Below are positions 50,075 through 63,597 of a stretch of 64,000 nucleotides of DNA, in pieces. The translations under genes and the position numbers were made by a program. The notes under the pieces are model-generated. The model saw only the letters and a list, made by a program, of their open reading frames with translations. It was not told the DNA's origin and did not search any database. The DNA comes from Callorhinchus milii (Eukaryota). Where the stretch lies: the NCBI RefSeq assembly GCF_018977255.1, contig NW_024704742.1:53940001-54004000 (forward strand), given 5' to 3'. Within the stretch, counting starts at the first letter, position 1. Each line of letters starts with the position of its first letter.

Positions 50075-50975
50075 AATAATCCTTGCATTTGATTTACAAC
50101 CTTATCACACTGTCCTGATGTCTCAAAGTGCTTCATTCAAGCCATGACCCGCTCTGCCTTCTCTCACCTCCGTAACATCACCCAACTCCGCCACTACCTC
50201 ATCCCTCAGGCCGCTGAAACTCTTGTTCGTGCCTTCATCACCTCCAGGCTCGACAATGCAAACGCCCTGCTTGTCGGTCTTCCCAACTCCTCCCTCCACA
50301 GGCTGCAGATAATCCAGAGCTCTGCAGCCCGTGTCCTCTCCCGCACCAAACCGTGATCCCATCTCCCCCACACTCGCCTGACTCCACTGGCTCCCTATTC
50401 TTCAGAGGATCCAGTTCAAGATCCTGGTCCTCACATACAAAGCCCTCCATGGCCTCGCCCCACCCTACCTCTGCGACCTCCTAACCCTCTACCAACCCGC
50501 CCGTTCCCTCCGCTCAGCCGGCTCTGGCCTGCTCCACGTCCCCCGCCCCAACCGCCCCATCATTGGTGGGAAAACCTTCAGCCACCCTGCTCCCAACCAC
50601 TAGAATTCCATCCCACAGTCACTCCACCTCCCACTCTTAGCCTCCTTCAAGTCCCGACTCAAGACCCTCCTCTTCGACCATACCATCGGCCACCCCCATT
50701 TGCCTCTGCTCCCTTCCCTCCCCAACCCCAGCTCAGGTCTGAAATGCTGTACTCTGTCCAGTGCCTTGGGATGTCTTCCCAACGTGAAAGGCACTATACA
50801 AATGTAATCTTGTTATTGTTGCTTCACAGTATTTTGGCTCTTTATTTTGTAGGCGAATGCGCAGCCAATATCTGCACAGCAATGTCCCCAATACAGCCAT
50901 GAAGCGAGTGACCAATTTTATTTGGGGGATTGTTGGGAGGAAGGAGAAACTCTCTCCCTTTTTAAACAGTGCCAG
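50075..50975 (-). mobile_element. Deu-SINE split by an L2 (50075-50135 and 50820-50975)
   Basis: SINE tail on the left, continuation on the right; tgcttca duplicated on both sides. Confidence 0.75.
50137..50820 (+). mobile_element. Young 5'-truncated L2 (type A)
   Basis: 'AFITSRLDNANALLVGLPNSSLHRLQIIQSSAARVLSRT' and a complete tail. Confidence 0.95.
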
Positions 50976-52984
50976 TTGTTCCGCATACCCAGTACTCAGT
51001 AAGAAAACAATGACAACTGAATGTCAGAGAAATTATGCATTACATTATCCAACATGCAATTAAGTGCTTTACTCAAATGGCTTTTTAACAAAGCTGGTTA
51101 TTCTAACATAAGTATAAAATCTAGTTTCCAGGTTTGGCAGCGTAGATACAATTCAAGCAAGGAATCACATAAATTAATTTATTTAGCCCAAAGGTTCTGT
51201 TAGATAAAAGGGATTGCAGTTAAAAATAGGATTGCCTTGATGTGGTACACAGGCCTTCCAGAAGAAGAAATATTTGCTTCAATTTGCTGCAAAGCATCCA
51301 CACAGTGAGTGGATTTATTGGGTTTAGTGTTGGAAGTATGCAGCATGTTCAATAGACCATTTTTGTTTAACAAAAGGCAAAGGTTTTTTATTTTACAAAG
51401 CTGTGGAAAAATGTTTCCAAAACAAACATCTATTTTCCAAAAAAATATACATGGCCAATTACTTTTCGTTCTTCCATTTAATTGTTAAGAGAATTACGCC
51501 TTTGTAATAGAATTTTCATACATGACATTACTTCTTGCAAAGGAGTTTTTGAGAATCTCTGAAAAATGAGAACGCACTTGTATGCAGTGAATATGTGTTG
51601 TTAATGGATTTATCAGGTCAGAGTACACGAATAAGACTAGATTTATTTATTTTGGGCTGGCAATGAATAGCATTGCTAAAGCAGGCATTAACCACAAACC
51701 ATGGCACTAATACTATTATTTTTTTAACTATATTACCTCACAAAAGCACTGAATAGTCATAAAATGTGTGACATAGGAGACAATCTAGACTACTGTCCTC
51801 CCACTTCAAGGAATCTATTCCAGAATAAAGAGATGAAATTCTCATCACTCACTGCTGCAAGGGTTCAAAAAAAATTATTTTTCTCTCTCAACCCAGTTGA
51901 GAATGGGAACAAACTCAGTGGAATAAGATGTCCAGGACTGACAGTCTCAGTCTAAAGCTACACAAATGACTAGCGTGCAAAACAGAAACAAAATATTGGT
52001 GTTATGGAATTCTCTTTGTAGACAAAGTTTTAACCTCAATCTAACTCATACTACACCCGACTTGATCGTGTTTGATGTAACACTGTGGGCCAAATGTGAA
52101 ATATGTCAATTTCTCAACATTCACATCAATCATTCACATTTATATCAATGCATTATAGGAGGAAAACAAGCAAACTTGTATTATGAAGTGAAAAATAGAA
52201 TGCTTCAGAACATATTCCATGTTTTAAGGAATGTGTTTTGAACTAATACAGTTTCCTACTAAACGCCCCAATCATGATTACCAACATTTACACAAACACA
52301 TTGCAAATGTTGTGTAAATAGTTGTGGCACTAGTGTTAGTGTCATGGTTTGTGGCCACACTTTTGATGTGTATTTCGCTGATAAGGCAGACAGCATACCT
52401 ACTCATATATCAGTTCATTTATCTCTGCATAAAAGAGACATTCTGTTTGAAAGATTTTTGTTGGGCAAGGAAATGGCTTAAATAACAACACTGAGTTATA
52501 TATAACTGCTATCTTGGGGTATTTTTTCAACATCACTTTGGAGGACAGATGTGTCCAATAATACTTACTGTCATAGAAAGAGGTTTCCCATAGGGACCAG
52601 GTGTTGCATTCATTTACAATTTTATCTGAAACATGTTCTTTTCAAAGACTTACAGGCAATCAACAAATGCTATGCGACTTTTTCAAGTAGTTAAGAAAAT
52701 TGAGGGTGTTGTCAATGAAGGTGACTACATCACTCACTTTCTATACTACTGGCATGTGTGAGATCCCCAACTGGTGTAATTGTACTCATAAGCCTGTCAG
52801 CATTGTCAAAAGTCATTTTGCCAATTCATTGACACTTTGTTTAGGAAAACCTGATATCATCTTCTCAGTAGCTAGACAGTACAGCACGTTTTATTTGCTC
52901 TTGCTGCTTTCACCTCATGCAGCCTTGAGCCCACAGGCTTCCCTGACACTTTGTTGACAAGTTGTTGTTGTTCTTTTAAAAAAT

Positions 52985-53600
52985 GGCCTTTAAACGTTCC
53001 ATGACACTATTTGAAAGAGAAGGGATTATCTCCTGGTCTCCTGGCTAACAATCCAACAGATACGTTGATCATTCACTTCATGAATTGGCTGCCTTGTTTG
53101 AATATGAAACATGGTCACAATAATTTACATTTACAATAACAAGTTGCATGAATATAGCGCCGCTCATGCAGGGTAACATCCCAGAGTGGTTGACATTGGT
53201 AGTGCACAACAATGAGTTGGTGGGAGAGGGGAGGTAACCATAGGCAGGGTTGAAGAGGAAGGTCTTCAGGCCTGATCTGAAGATGGGGAAGGAAGGAGCA
53301 AGGCAGAGGGATAGAGGAAGAGTGTTCCAGAGTTTTAGGGTGTCGAGGCTGAAAGTGCAGCCACCGATGGTGGAACAAAGGGCACGAGGGATATGCAGGA
53401 GCCCGGAGCCAGTTGAGCAGAGGCAACAGGTAGTGGGTTGGGGAGTAAGCAGGTCGTAGATGTAGGGAGATGCCAGCGCATGAAGGGATTTGAAAACAAG
53501 TGTGAGGATCTTGAAATCCATTCGGCTACATGTAGCCAGTGGAGCCTGACTAGGACTGGTCTGATGAGGGTACAGAGTTTAGTACGGTCATTACACATGA
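52985..53600. mobile_element. Deu-SINE fragment (+) abutting an L2 3' fragment (-, 53135-53600)
   Basis: ORF 53078-53521(-) 'FKILTLVFKSLHALASPY...STIGGCTFS'. Confidence 0.8.
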
Positions 53601-54114
53601 TAGCAATTGATTGCACAGCACTTTCAGATGGTTCATCAGTGACACCAGACTTTTGACACCCAGATAATGGTGAGAAAGCATCATCTAAAGAACCTTCACA
53701 AAGAGGTTAGTTTTATGGTCTGCCCAAGAAAAGTACAACTGTTAGCAAATAAACTGATACTTTTACCTTAAAAGTAACAGAAATGTCAGTACAGTAAAAA
53801 CATCATCTAGACAAGTTGAATATTACAAAAATGTATGCTCAGTGGATTGGATGCTCTTCTATTTGGCAGCAGTGTGCAGTGTCAGTGATATCACTGGAGC
53901 CCTTCATTATATTCTTCCTAAATTGTTCACTGGTTCCAGTGTTGGCAGAATCAGGATTACAGTCAAATGGTGATGGGCTCATCCTTGCTAGTCTTATTGA
54001 AGTAATGCTACTTAACTCTTCCTTACAAACTAACTGGAGTTAACTTTTCCCCTCCCAGTTCTGGCAAGCTTTCTCTTTGAGTGCAACTTGGATTTTTGTC
54101 ATATTTATTTCTGG

Positions 54115-54533
54115 TTATCCACTCTCTGAGAGGAGTTCGTCACATGCCTTTTCTTCAAATCCCTCCACTCCTCTGAACCCCCCTACCTCTCTGACCGCCT
54201 CTCTCCTCAAAACAGTACTCGTTGCCTTCGTTCCTCTGGGTCTGGCCTCCTACTTGTCCCTCCCCCGAATCCTCCGCTCCACCCTCGGCCGCCGTGCCTT
54301 CAGTCACTATGCCCCGAGGCTCTGGAACTCCCTTCCTCACTCCCTTCGCCTCATCCCTTCTCTTCCTACTTTCAGGTCTCTACTGAAGACCTTTTTTTCG
54401 ACCGCTCCTTTGGTCACCTTCCTCCCCCTCCCCCTGGCTCGGCCCCGGGATCCGTTACTGTGAAGCACTCTGAGACGCCATCTGGCATGGAGGGCGCTAT
54501 ATAAATCCAACTTGTTGCTGTTGTTGTTGTTGT
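54115..54533 (+). mobile_element. L2 3' fragment (type B tail)
   Basis: 'STLGRRAFSHYAPRLWNSLP'; tail GCACTCTGAGACGCCATCTGGCATGGAGGGCGCTATATAAATCC plus (TTG)n. Confidence 0.9.
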
Positions 54534-54579
54534 TTTCTCACATATCCAAATGAATTGTTCTGCTTTACCTAAAGGTTAA

Positions 54580-54850
54580 AGCATAACATAGGAACATAGA
54601 GTGGGCTATTCGGCCAATTGAGGCTGTCCCACCACTATCCAAGATCATGGCCAACCACAACACAGTACCAGCTTCCTGCTCGTTCTGCATATACATTGAT
54701 ATGTACAGTATTTATTTATTTGCCTTCTAAATTTTTCAATTGATTCTGCCTTCACTGCCCTCTGAGGGAATGAATTCCACACTTCCACCATTTGCTGTAT
54801 GAAAACATATTCCCTTATTTCACTTTTAAATGGTTTAGCCTCAAATTTAA
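54580..54850 (-). mobile_element. CR1 3' end
   Basis: ORF 54645-54872(-) 'IREYVFIQQMVEVWNSFPQRAVKAESIEKF'. Confidence 0.8.
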
Positions 54851-55004
54851 GTCTAAGGCCTTGAAGCATCATAGGTGAGTTGTTCTTGGCATATGATGCA
54901 TCCTGTGAATATATATACTATTGCTAAGCTTTGCCAGTAGGCAAAATATATTTGTAATCACTTTAACATTATAGACCATTAAACACGGTTAAATTAACGA
55001 TTAT

Positions 55005-55569
55005 GTTTTATTATGTATTTTGCTTAATATGGAAGTTACTTAATGTTTGTATTACTGTGCCTTTAAATGAGATCCTGCTGAAAAGTTTTGTAACTTTGAT
55101 AGTAATGGAAAGTGTCTGTTTTTCCTTTATTTAATGTCCTTATGTAGTGATGTAGAAAAGAGATGTGTGACTAGAGGCTTCCGTATGCAGAAGTTGGAGG
55201 GAGTGTGTTGATAGTCTCAAACTCTGAGAAATAGAATGTAGCAGCGGGGAAGAGGAAGCAATGTGAGTTGTTTGAAGTCTTTGTTCTCTTAAGTATAGAT
55301 AGCATGGGTTAATGGTCAAGGATAGCATTTGACATTTCTATTCAGGGACCGGTATAAGTATTGGTCACTAACTAGCCTGAAGCTGGACTGTCATCCGGAG
55401 GTTAGACGATAAAGAAAGAAACTTACATTAAGCCATTCCTTTGATCAGTAATACAGTACGCCTTTCTGTATCATGCATATTGCAATATAAAGATTTCTTA
55501 AATGGAACATCCTGTCTCTGTGAGCTTGATTATCTTGGTGTCCGAAAACATCAAAAGACTTATATGTCA
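55005..55569 (+). mobile_element. Possible solo LTR
   Basis: TG...CA-compatible ends, TATA-like ggtataagta and a polyA-like aatataaag followed by a short U5-like segment; no TSD verified. Confidence 0.25.
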
Positions 55570-55571
55570 CT

Positions 55572-55603
55572 AATTTAATTTAAATTAAATTAAATTAAAT
55601 TTA
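55572..55603 (+). repeat. (AAATT)n microsatellite
   Basis: Directly visible. Confidence 0.85.
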
Positions 55604-55634
55604 AAAACAATGACAATAAATTACATTTATAATG

Positions 55635-56020
55635 GTCAGAAATTATGGGTTCAAGCTCCACATCATGACCTTGAACTCATATAGTCTAGGCTGTAACCCC
55701 AATCTGGGGTGTGTTCCATCTGTGAAGGTGTCATCCTTTGTGTGTGACTTTAAACCAAGGTCCTGGTTGCCTGTTCACGTGGACGTTAAAATTCCCATGG
55801 CACATTTCTGAAAGAGAAGGGAGTTTCTCCCAGTGTCCTGGTCAACAATCCCCTGAATAAAATTGGTCATTCTACTTCACGGTTGCACATGGTTATTGTG
55901 CATAAAATGATTACCACATTCCCCTCAAATACACAGTCACTCCACTTTACAGAAAATCATGAAGTCCTCCCAGTGTGAAAGGTGTTATATTAAATGTAAG
56001 AATTATTAGGATTATTACTA
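55635..56020 (+). mobile_element. Deu-domain SINE
   Basis: gggttcaagctcc B box, Deu core and tail. Confidence 0.85.
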
Positions 56021-56449
56021 TTTATTTCAATCTGATGGTTTACAATGGTCATCAAACCTCTATAGTAAATTATCCCCTTCTTATTCATTGTGCTGAAGTC
56101 GGGGGAGGAGAAATGTTTTACACTCAAGGATTATCTTTAGGAATAGATTGTTGTACATCACTTGGTTCAGCCTGAGCTCACAGGAGGGCTGCTGGAAAGC
56201 AAAATTAGCGGCATATATAAATGCTGGTGAGAACCAAGCAAATTAAATCAGGGATGCCTCTAAGAAACATTTGATCACAAGTAAAATCAAGTTATTCTGG
56301 CATTATATAGCACTGGAGAAGCTACTTCTGTAATCCGCTGTTCACATAAACATTGGAAAGAGTAGAGTGATAAAAGTGATTCTTTCCTTGTGGGTCTAAC
56401 TAATGAAGACAAATTCAAGCACTTTTCCATTATTTTCATTAGAGGAAAA

Positions 56450-56790
56450 GTTAAAGCTCTTCAGCCATGAAAAGTCACATCTCAGAGGAGATCTTTTAGA
56501 GCTATGTGATTATAAATGAGATTGAGAAAGTAAACCTACAAACAATACTTTCAGATATGCCAGTAGAACAGAACAAGAGGGCATAGGTTCGGAATAGCAA
56601 AGTGCAATTTCAGGACAGATATCAGGAAGTATTTCTTTATCCAGAGGATCAGCAATAACTGGAACGCTTTACCAGAAAAGGTTATTTGAGGCGTTGGACT
56701 TATTGGCCGTTTGACTCATTTAAGAAACACTTTGATACTCTAATCAGAGAATGGTAGAATGGGTATTCTGGAAGGATGAGATCAAAGCCT
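56450..56790 (+). mobile_element. CR1 ORF2 3' end
   Basis: 'LRGDL', 'RTRGHRF', 'FRTDIRKYFFIQRI..WNALP'. Confidence 0.8.
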
Positions 56791-57589
56791 TTTATGATAA
56801 TAATGATCCTTAAATTTTATACGATGCCTTTTATATCCAGAGGCTGTTTATATACGCTTCACAGGAATTGACTGTAAAGTGCAATGGCTATCTTTTCTGT
56901 TGGTGAAATAAAACATATTCTTAAAAAGCTTAAAACCTATTGTAATGTTATCATCCATACCGCTCAGTTTTTTATATATATGACTCAACCAAGACCCTGT
57001 CAGTCATCTTTCCTCTAATGAAAATCAATTCAGCTCTCTTAATCTTTCTTCATAATTTAGACCAACTAGGTCTAGAATCACTCTTGTCACTCTACATGAT
57101 GAAGAAACACACCAGGACTATCTTCAGTTTTAGAATTTTTTTGCGTATTATTTTCTCCTGCAACTGTCCATTCTTGTAAGCAGTCTCTTGTGTTCTGCTT
57201 CCATTCTACTCTTGCAGTGCTGAATACCTCAGAACTACCAATTACCCTCTTGAAATAATCTACTTACTGTACGGGTATAGTCTCATTCCACCACTGTGTC
57301 AAAGTCTCTCAGAACTAAATTACAGACCCCACTGATTGTTTTCCAGACCAAAGTTTCTTAAAACAAAGTGCAATTTCAGGACAGATATCAGGAAGTATTT
57401 CTTTATCCAGAGGAACTGGAACACTTTACCAGAAAAGGTTATTTGAGGCCAGAGCGTATTTTCAACCTCATCACAATATCTGAATCTACGGAACTCACAA
57501 CACATGGAATCTAAAAATATTTTTTACAAGTACATTGAGAATATATTACGCCTCTGCAAGAATGGTTTTTAATCTAGTTTGAAAGCTTG

Positions 57590-57722
57590 TTGGTGCAAAT
57601 TAGCTGCTGTGTTCACATTCACAGTCACTACACTTCACAGTAAATCATATGAAGTGCTTTGAGGTGTCTTAAAAATGTGAGGAGGCACTACATCAAATGT
57701 AAGCAATATTATTATTATTATA
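57590..57722 (+). mobile_element. Deu-SINE tail fragment
   Basis: caaattagctgctgtg...cagtcactacacttcacag...aaatgtaagcaatattattatta. Confidence 0.7.
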
Positions 57723-59317
57723 GACTGTGCAAAATTTAATGAGTTTGTTGATGTATAGTGAATCCATCCATCCTTGTTTGGCTCCATTTTCTTCTTTCTC
57801 TTGCATAGAATTTCAAAAAAAGATATGGTTTCAATATTATGGCTTTAACCCCTTTAATACCAAATCCATCACCAGTTGAAATTTTGGGAGTTAGCAATTC
57901 TTGGATTGAATCATCAATATCTCATGCATAATTCCAATTAGAGACAGGAGATATATTCTCAACAGAATACAGAGGTGAATATCTAAATAAGTCTATTGAG
58001 AGTGATATGGACAATTCACATGTCTCTGTCAAACAGATTGCAGTTAATTGGCTCCAAACTAGTTTTAAAGCAGACACTATCCTCTTTTACACAACTAGTT
58101 TGTGTCCTGAGGGAAACCTCTCTCCTTCTGCAACCTATCTGATTTTCCCAGCTCCGATCTGTGAGTTAGATCTCCTATGCCTGTGCATACCAGTGATCAT
58201 ATTTGATAATGAAAAGCTGGAATTGGAATGGAGTGAGTAGGCTTGGCAATATTTCCTGCCTTGTGCACTTCTTCATGCCATGTCATCTCAATGATGTCAA
58301 GACATTCACACGCACATGAACAAAAACAAGAATTAAAGGATTTTATGGAATCTCTGCTCCCCAAACAATAGCAGCGTAGTCATGAAAACATTCTCAACAG
58401 AGCTTTCCAATTTTCAAGCACATCGCCTGACTTCTATTACCGTTATCTGAGTGGTGGAGATATTCTTAAAACCATTGTCATGGACATTCATGCAATGACG
58501 TCAATATGTTTGTGCACATGGATAATGCATTGTCTCTGTCTCTGAAGGATGTATAAAGGCATTTTGTGCTGGGTTTTTAGGATGCCAGAACTACGAGAAT
58601 CAGTAGTTTTGCTGGAGTCAATCTCACCTCAATTCCACCTCTGGAAATAAATTCTAATGTAAAATTTCCATTTTTCTGGTGTCAAAAGGAAGAAGATCTT
58701 ATTTGGAGTTGGAGTTGTCTGCCAACAAAATAAAGTTAATATACCTTATAATAGACCATTCAAAGTATTTAGAGACTTCCTCTGATGTGAAAGACATTTT
58801 ATCAACTTTAAGGATCATTCATTATTTCATCTTCCATTATTTGTGCATAGATGTCTTCCAGCTTGATAATACAAAGTCATGGTATCAGAGCACAAGACAG
58901 GCAATATTATGTGCATTCACAGGTTTTTTAACATTACTGCATAAGTCCTGGGATGTCATTAAAAATGTATTATTGTGGTGTCCATTTCCCAAATAATAGA
59001 GGCAGAATGTAACCAAGGGTGAAGTAACACATCTGATGTTCAAGTATATTTTGTGACCTCACTACCTTTATTTAGGTAGTAGACATTTGAGATGTCACGG
59101 AAACGCAATAATGCTCTATATCAAATGCAAGCATTATTATTATATTACACACATAAATTTCTACAAGAAGTACTTATGTGATGACGTCAAAACTTCTACA
59201 CAAGCATGAAATGTAAGTTAAGTGACTTGCTGAAGCCCAGGGGTAATGTAATATGAGGAAAAGGCTCAGAATAAGCCAATACACCCAGTTTGCACCTCAT
59301 TTTGACCTGGAGCATAA

Positions 59318-59595
59318 ACAATAACAACAACAACTTGGATTTATATAGCGCCCTCCACACCGGACGGCGTCTCAGAGCACTTTACAGTAACTGATCCCAG
59401 GACCGAGCCAGGGGGAAGGTGACCAAAGGCACGGTCAAAAAGAAAGGTCTTTAGCAGAGACCTGAAAATGGGGAGGGAACGAGATGAAGGGAGTGAGGAA
59501 GGCAGTTCCAGAGCCTCGGGGGATAGTGGCTGAAGGCACGGCCGCCGAGGGTGGAGCGGAGGACTCGGAGGACGAGGAGGAGGCCAGACCCGGAA
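59318..59595 (-). mobile_element. L2 3' fragment (type B)
   Basis: Reverse complement of 54250-54530. Confidence 0.9.
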
Positions 59596-59939
59596 AGCCA
59601 CTTTTAACACAAACTAGTTATTCAGGAAGTAGGAAACAAATGCCGAGTAAATTCATTGTTTATTTCAGAACAAAGATACAATTAGAATATAAAGTAATAG
59701 GAATTTCGAGATTGAAACATGAGGAGCTAATCATAGTTATTCTGATTAAAAATTATGAGCTTCTGAACTCAGTTATTATAAAAGCAGTTAAGGCTGAGTC
59801 TATCAACACTTACAAAATAACTAGATAAATATGTGCTGAGAAAATCAATTGAGGATTGGAAGAATATTAATAGCTAGAGATATCCACATTTTCTATTGCA
59901 GAACTAATAGAAGACAGCATTAAGGGGTTAAGGTTTTTT

Positions 59940-60620
59940 TTGGTCAGCTGGGTGTCTGACACATGTGGAAACCCATCAACATGCTTAAGGGTATTCAAAC
60001 CAAGCTGAGAATTCCATGCATCCCACCTACACATGGAAATCCCGGACATAGATTGTTGGAATGGAATGTGCACCCTCTCCCTGGAGGGAAGTATCCTGCT
60101 CACCTAATTCTAGAAAATATTAGGCATCGGTTAGCAAGAGCCAAGGCTTGGGGACCCCAGAGTGTGCTTGGGACATCCTCCCAATGTGAAAGACACTATA
60201 CAAATGTAATTTTGTTGTTGCTGTTGTTTGGGGTACTGATGGGAGTGTAACCAGCTAAAACCGCATAGCTTGCCATTGATATTGCTGTCCAGCAAGCTTT
60301 TTCACTGCTTGTCCAGCTAGAACCACCCTAAGCATTAGGGCTTTGGCATGCAGGGTTAACAGGAGCTGAGTGGGATGACTCCATGCTCCCAATGACTGGT
60401 CTGCCTTTCCAGGTCCTGCAGATGAGCCAGGCTGGCTGGGTTGTCATCAGCGGTGCCCTGGAAAACTGCGGACTCACCTGTCTCAGGAACTGAACTACGG
60501 AGACCACCACAGAGGGATGGCTCGATTCCGACATTCCATTGCCAGGCATGTCACCTTGGAGCCAGTTCAGCTCCAAGGAAACCCTGCTTACCTTTCCCCC
60601 ACCCGCCAAAAGGAAGATAG
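59940..60620 (+). repeat. Most complete copy of the unnamed old repeat, with an L2 tail inserted at 60164-60226
   Basis: Matches the 15149, 22371 and 27288 copies; perfect 9-bp hairpin at 60554-60578. Confidence 0.75.
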
Positions 60621-63384
60621 TTTGTTAAGGTAATTGAGCATGGAAAATGGAAAGAACAGGTTTGGTAGGTCAAATGGCCTTTTCCTCTTTATGTCCCCAA
60701 AAGGAATATAAATATTGGGGGCATATTAACCATGAAATATAAAAGTGCTTCCTCATGGTTAAATCTCACAGAAACATAATCCTGATATGACCAATATGTT
60801 ATAATTACAGGTCAATATATTATTGACCATCAGCGATTTTGATGAAAGCGGCTTGAAAGCACAAGCTTCTTTTTTGTTCACACTAAGGTTTCATTTGAAA
60901 TGACTATTGTTGCATTCCAGTGATCCAAAGGAAGCCTGCTGTGAATCTAAAGTAAATCATGCATCAAACTCACTCTTTTAATACAATATTCCTGTATTTT
61001 TGGGACCTAACTGCCAGAAAGTCTAAGGGTTAAGACAATCTTCATTCCTTAGCTAATCTTAACTTAATTAGTGCAGATCCCATCTGGAAGCTCCCAATTT
61101 TTTTATTCTCAACACCTGGCCTTGTGCCAGCAGATTTTAAAAATATTCGAAATGTTACTTGTCTCTCTAGAATCCCTGAATGTTGTGAACAGCAGGGGCT
61201 TCGTGAACAAATCCCCGCACAACTCTTCCAGTTACTGCCCTTCAGACAGAGCTTGTTACATTCATCACCTTTTCCTTTTTATGGCTAAGAAAGTTTGCAA
61301 TCCAATTAGCTAATTTACTATTAATTCCATCGTGGTCGTGAGAGTCTTACTTTCCCCCCAAAAGGTTTCGATACCATAAATCATAATAGCTCAGTTCACA
61401 CAGTTCTACAAACGTCAGCAGAAACCTGAAATGGATTTCCAGATTGTAAGTGCTTCTGTAGCATCTTTTATTTTCTAAAATATATATCTTTAAATAGCTC
61501 ATACTGGTATAACTATAATATTGGTGAATCCAAGTACTGTGAGAAACCGTTAATCATAGCTGGAAGTAATACCACATCACTGTTTGGGACAATTTAATGG
61601 TTGATTGTGATATCCACAAAGCAGAACATCAACATCACAGGACTGATAAGAGTTTATAACAACACTGTAGCAATCGGTTTATGAACTCCTTGTGCAGTAT
61701 AAAATCTAAATGAAAATTTTCACCTGATGTAAGTCATGTCCTGTTTGGTTCCAATTTCAGTATAAATTCTGCACCAATCTCTTAAATAGAACATAAAATT
61801 ATGCATGAACATGTGATTTATACACCAGAATGTAAAGTGGGTGGTATATGTTACAAACCTTTTTGACAAATGAAATAAGTCGGCAACAATTGTAGTTGTC
61901 TGTAAGCACTGTTGGGCTAACATGATTTGTACAGGCTTAAAGTTGCCTGTTGGGACAGAGCAGTTGCTGTGGGTTAAATGGGTTTATTCTGCTGTTCCTT
62001 GTTGTTGCAGATTTAAGTATAATTTAAGCATTTGTGAACTAAGCTAAATAAATGGGCAGACGTCGAGCATTTGTAAGGTACTTTAGCCAATTGATTTGTA
62101 AAGCCATAATGTCTGAGCTGTGTTTTAGGAAATACATTTATGTGCTTAATTTAATTTGGTTGGAAAGAGCAGTTACTAGTTTTGGGTTCATGATCATTCC
62201 TGCACACTCGGTCCCATAGGTATAGGTACTTGTATGTGATGTGAGTCCAGCACCAGTTAATGAATACAAATTGTCCTACAGTAAAACTGCAACAATTTGT
62301 CTTTCCAAATAATCAGCTTGGACAGTTGAGCAGTCTTTTCCCCAATGGGTTTCAGCAGCAGCTAAGCCATAAATGATTGGGATGAAGGAAGTCCCATATG
62401 TCTTCTCATAGTTTGTCTCCTCTCATGAAGAATATAATGCTGCTGTTTAATAAATATTCACATAACTGCAAAGGGTGCAGATTATTTCTTGGGCCATATA
62501 TTTGTAGTATTTTGTATTTTATGTTTGTTCACTGCTAGCTTCAGGAAGTACACTAGGAATAAAATTGTAAAGATCTACACAAAACAACTGGTAATGAATT
62601 ACCCTTAAGTGCTGCTTTGGTGTCAACTAGTGAACATAAATATAGAATACCAGGTCAGGGCAGACCGGCTAAATGTGTGATCCTCAGTTGATATGCATGA
62701 GTAGTGAAGATGCAAGTCCAAAACAAAGAAAGGAAAATACGACTCGATAATTCTTTCTTATAGTATATTATTTTGAAAAATGCACTGGAGATTTTTTTCC
62801 TCCTGTAAGCTGTCTTCATCACAAATTGTCTGCCATCGTGTCTGGATAAACACACATCAGCACCAGTGAGTCGTAGGGCATGGATGAACAGTAATATTGC
62901 ACTTATAATAGCATAATGGAGGGTGGATGTTAAAGTGGAAAACACAGAAAAAAATCTGGTTATTCTGAGATGTGACATATAAATTACAAGTATGTCATTC
63001 TGAGAAAATACAAATGAATCAAGTATTTTGTGTGTACTAAAAGCATCACTCTATCCTGCTGGACTTGTAAAATCACAACTCTCCAGTGATTTCCCTTTAA
63101 CAACACTAAGTTCAACTACAATTACCTAGAGCTTTGACAACTGAAAGGTAGGTATGAATACAAATCAAAGTTCATTCGCACTTGGTTGCTTTGACAGGGC
63201 TGGATGAAAACAGGGCTTTTGTAAATTGCGCTGTGATTTATTTTTCGAAGATGTCTTTAAGGCCAAAACTGTGCCAAACATTATGAAGCCAAGCAGAGGT
63301 TTCAGCTGTAGTATTCTTTTGATGGAGAAGTTATAGATTTAGATTTATCTGAACATTTTATTGATCTACTGTGTTTTTGACTGA

Positions 63385-63597
63385 ACAAAACTGGGAGTTT
63401 CTCCCGGTGTCCTAGCCAACAATCTTCCGGATGAAATTGATCATCACTTCATGGTTGTTTGTGGGACATTGCTGTGTGTAAATTGGCTGCCGCAATTAAC
63501 TACAAAATACAGTCAGTTTACAGTAAAATCGAGTGCAACACTTTGAGACATCCTCCCATTGTGAAAGGCAGTATATAAATGCAAGGTTTATTTTGTT
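63385..63597 (+). mobile_element. Deu-SINE 3' half
   Basis: gggagtttctcccggtgtcctagcc...tttgtgggacattgctgtg...tail. Confidence 0.85.

Noticed and set aside
57845-59931. TTAA-CCCCTT...AAGGGG-TTAA piggyBac-like ends 2 kb apart
   Set aside because: The match is only about 11 bp, does not extend, and there is no transposase remnant
62655-62978. 107-aa hydrophobic ORF
   Set aside because: No homology or splice structure recognised; typical of AT-rich random ORFs
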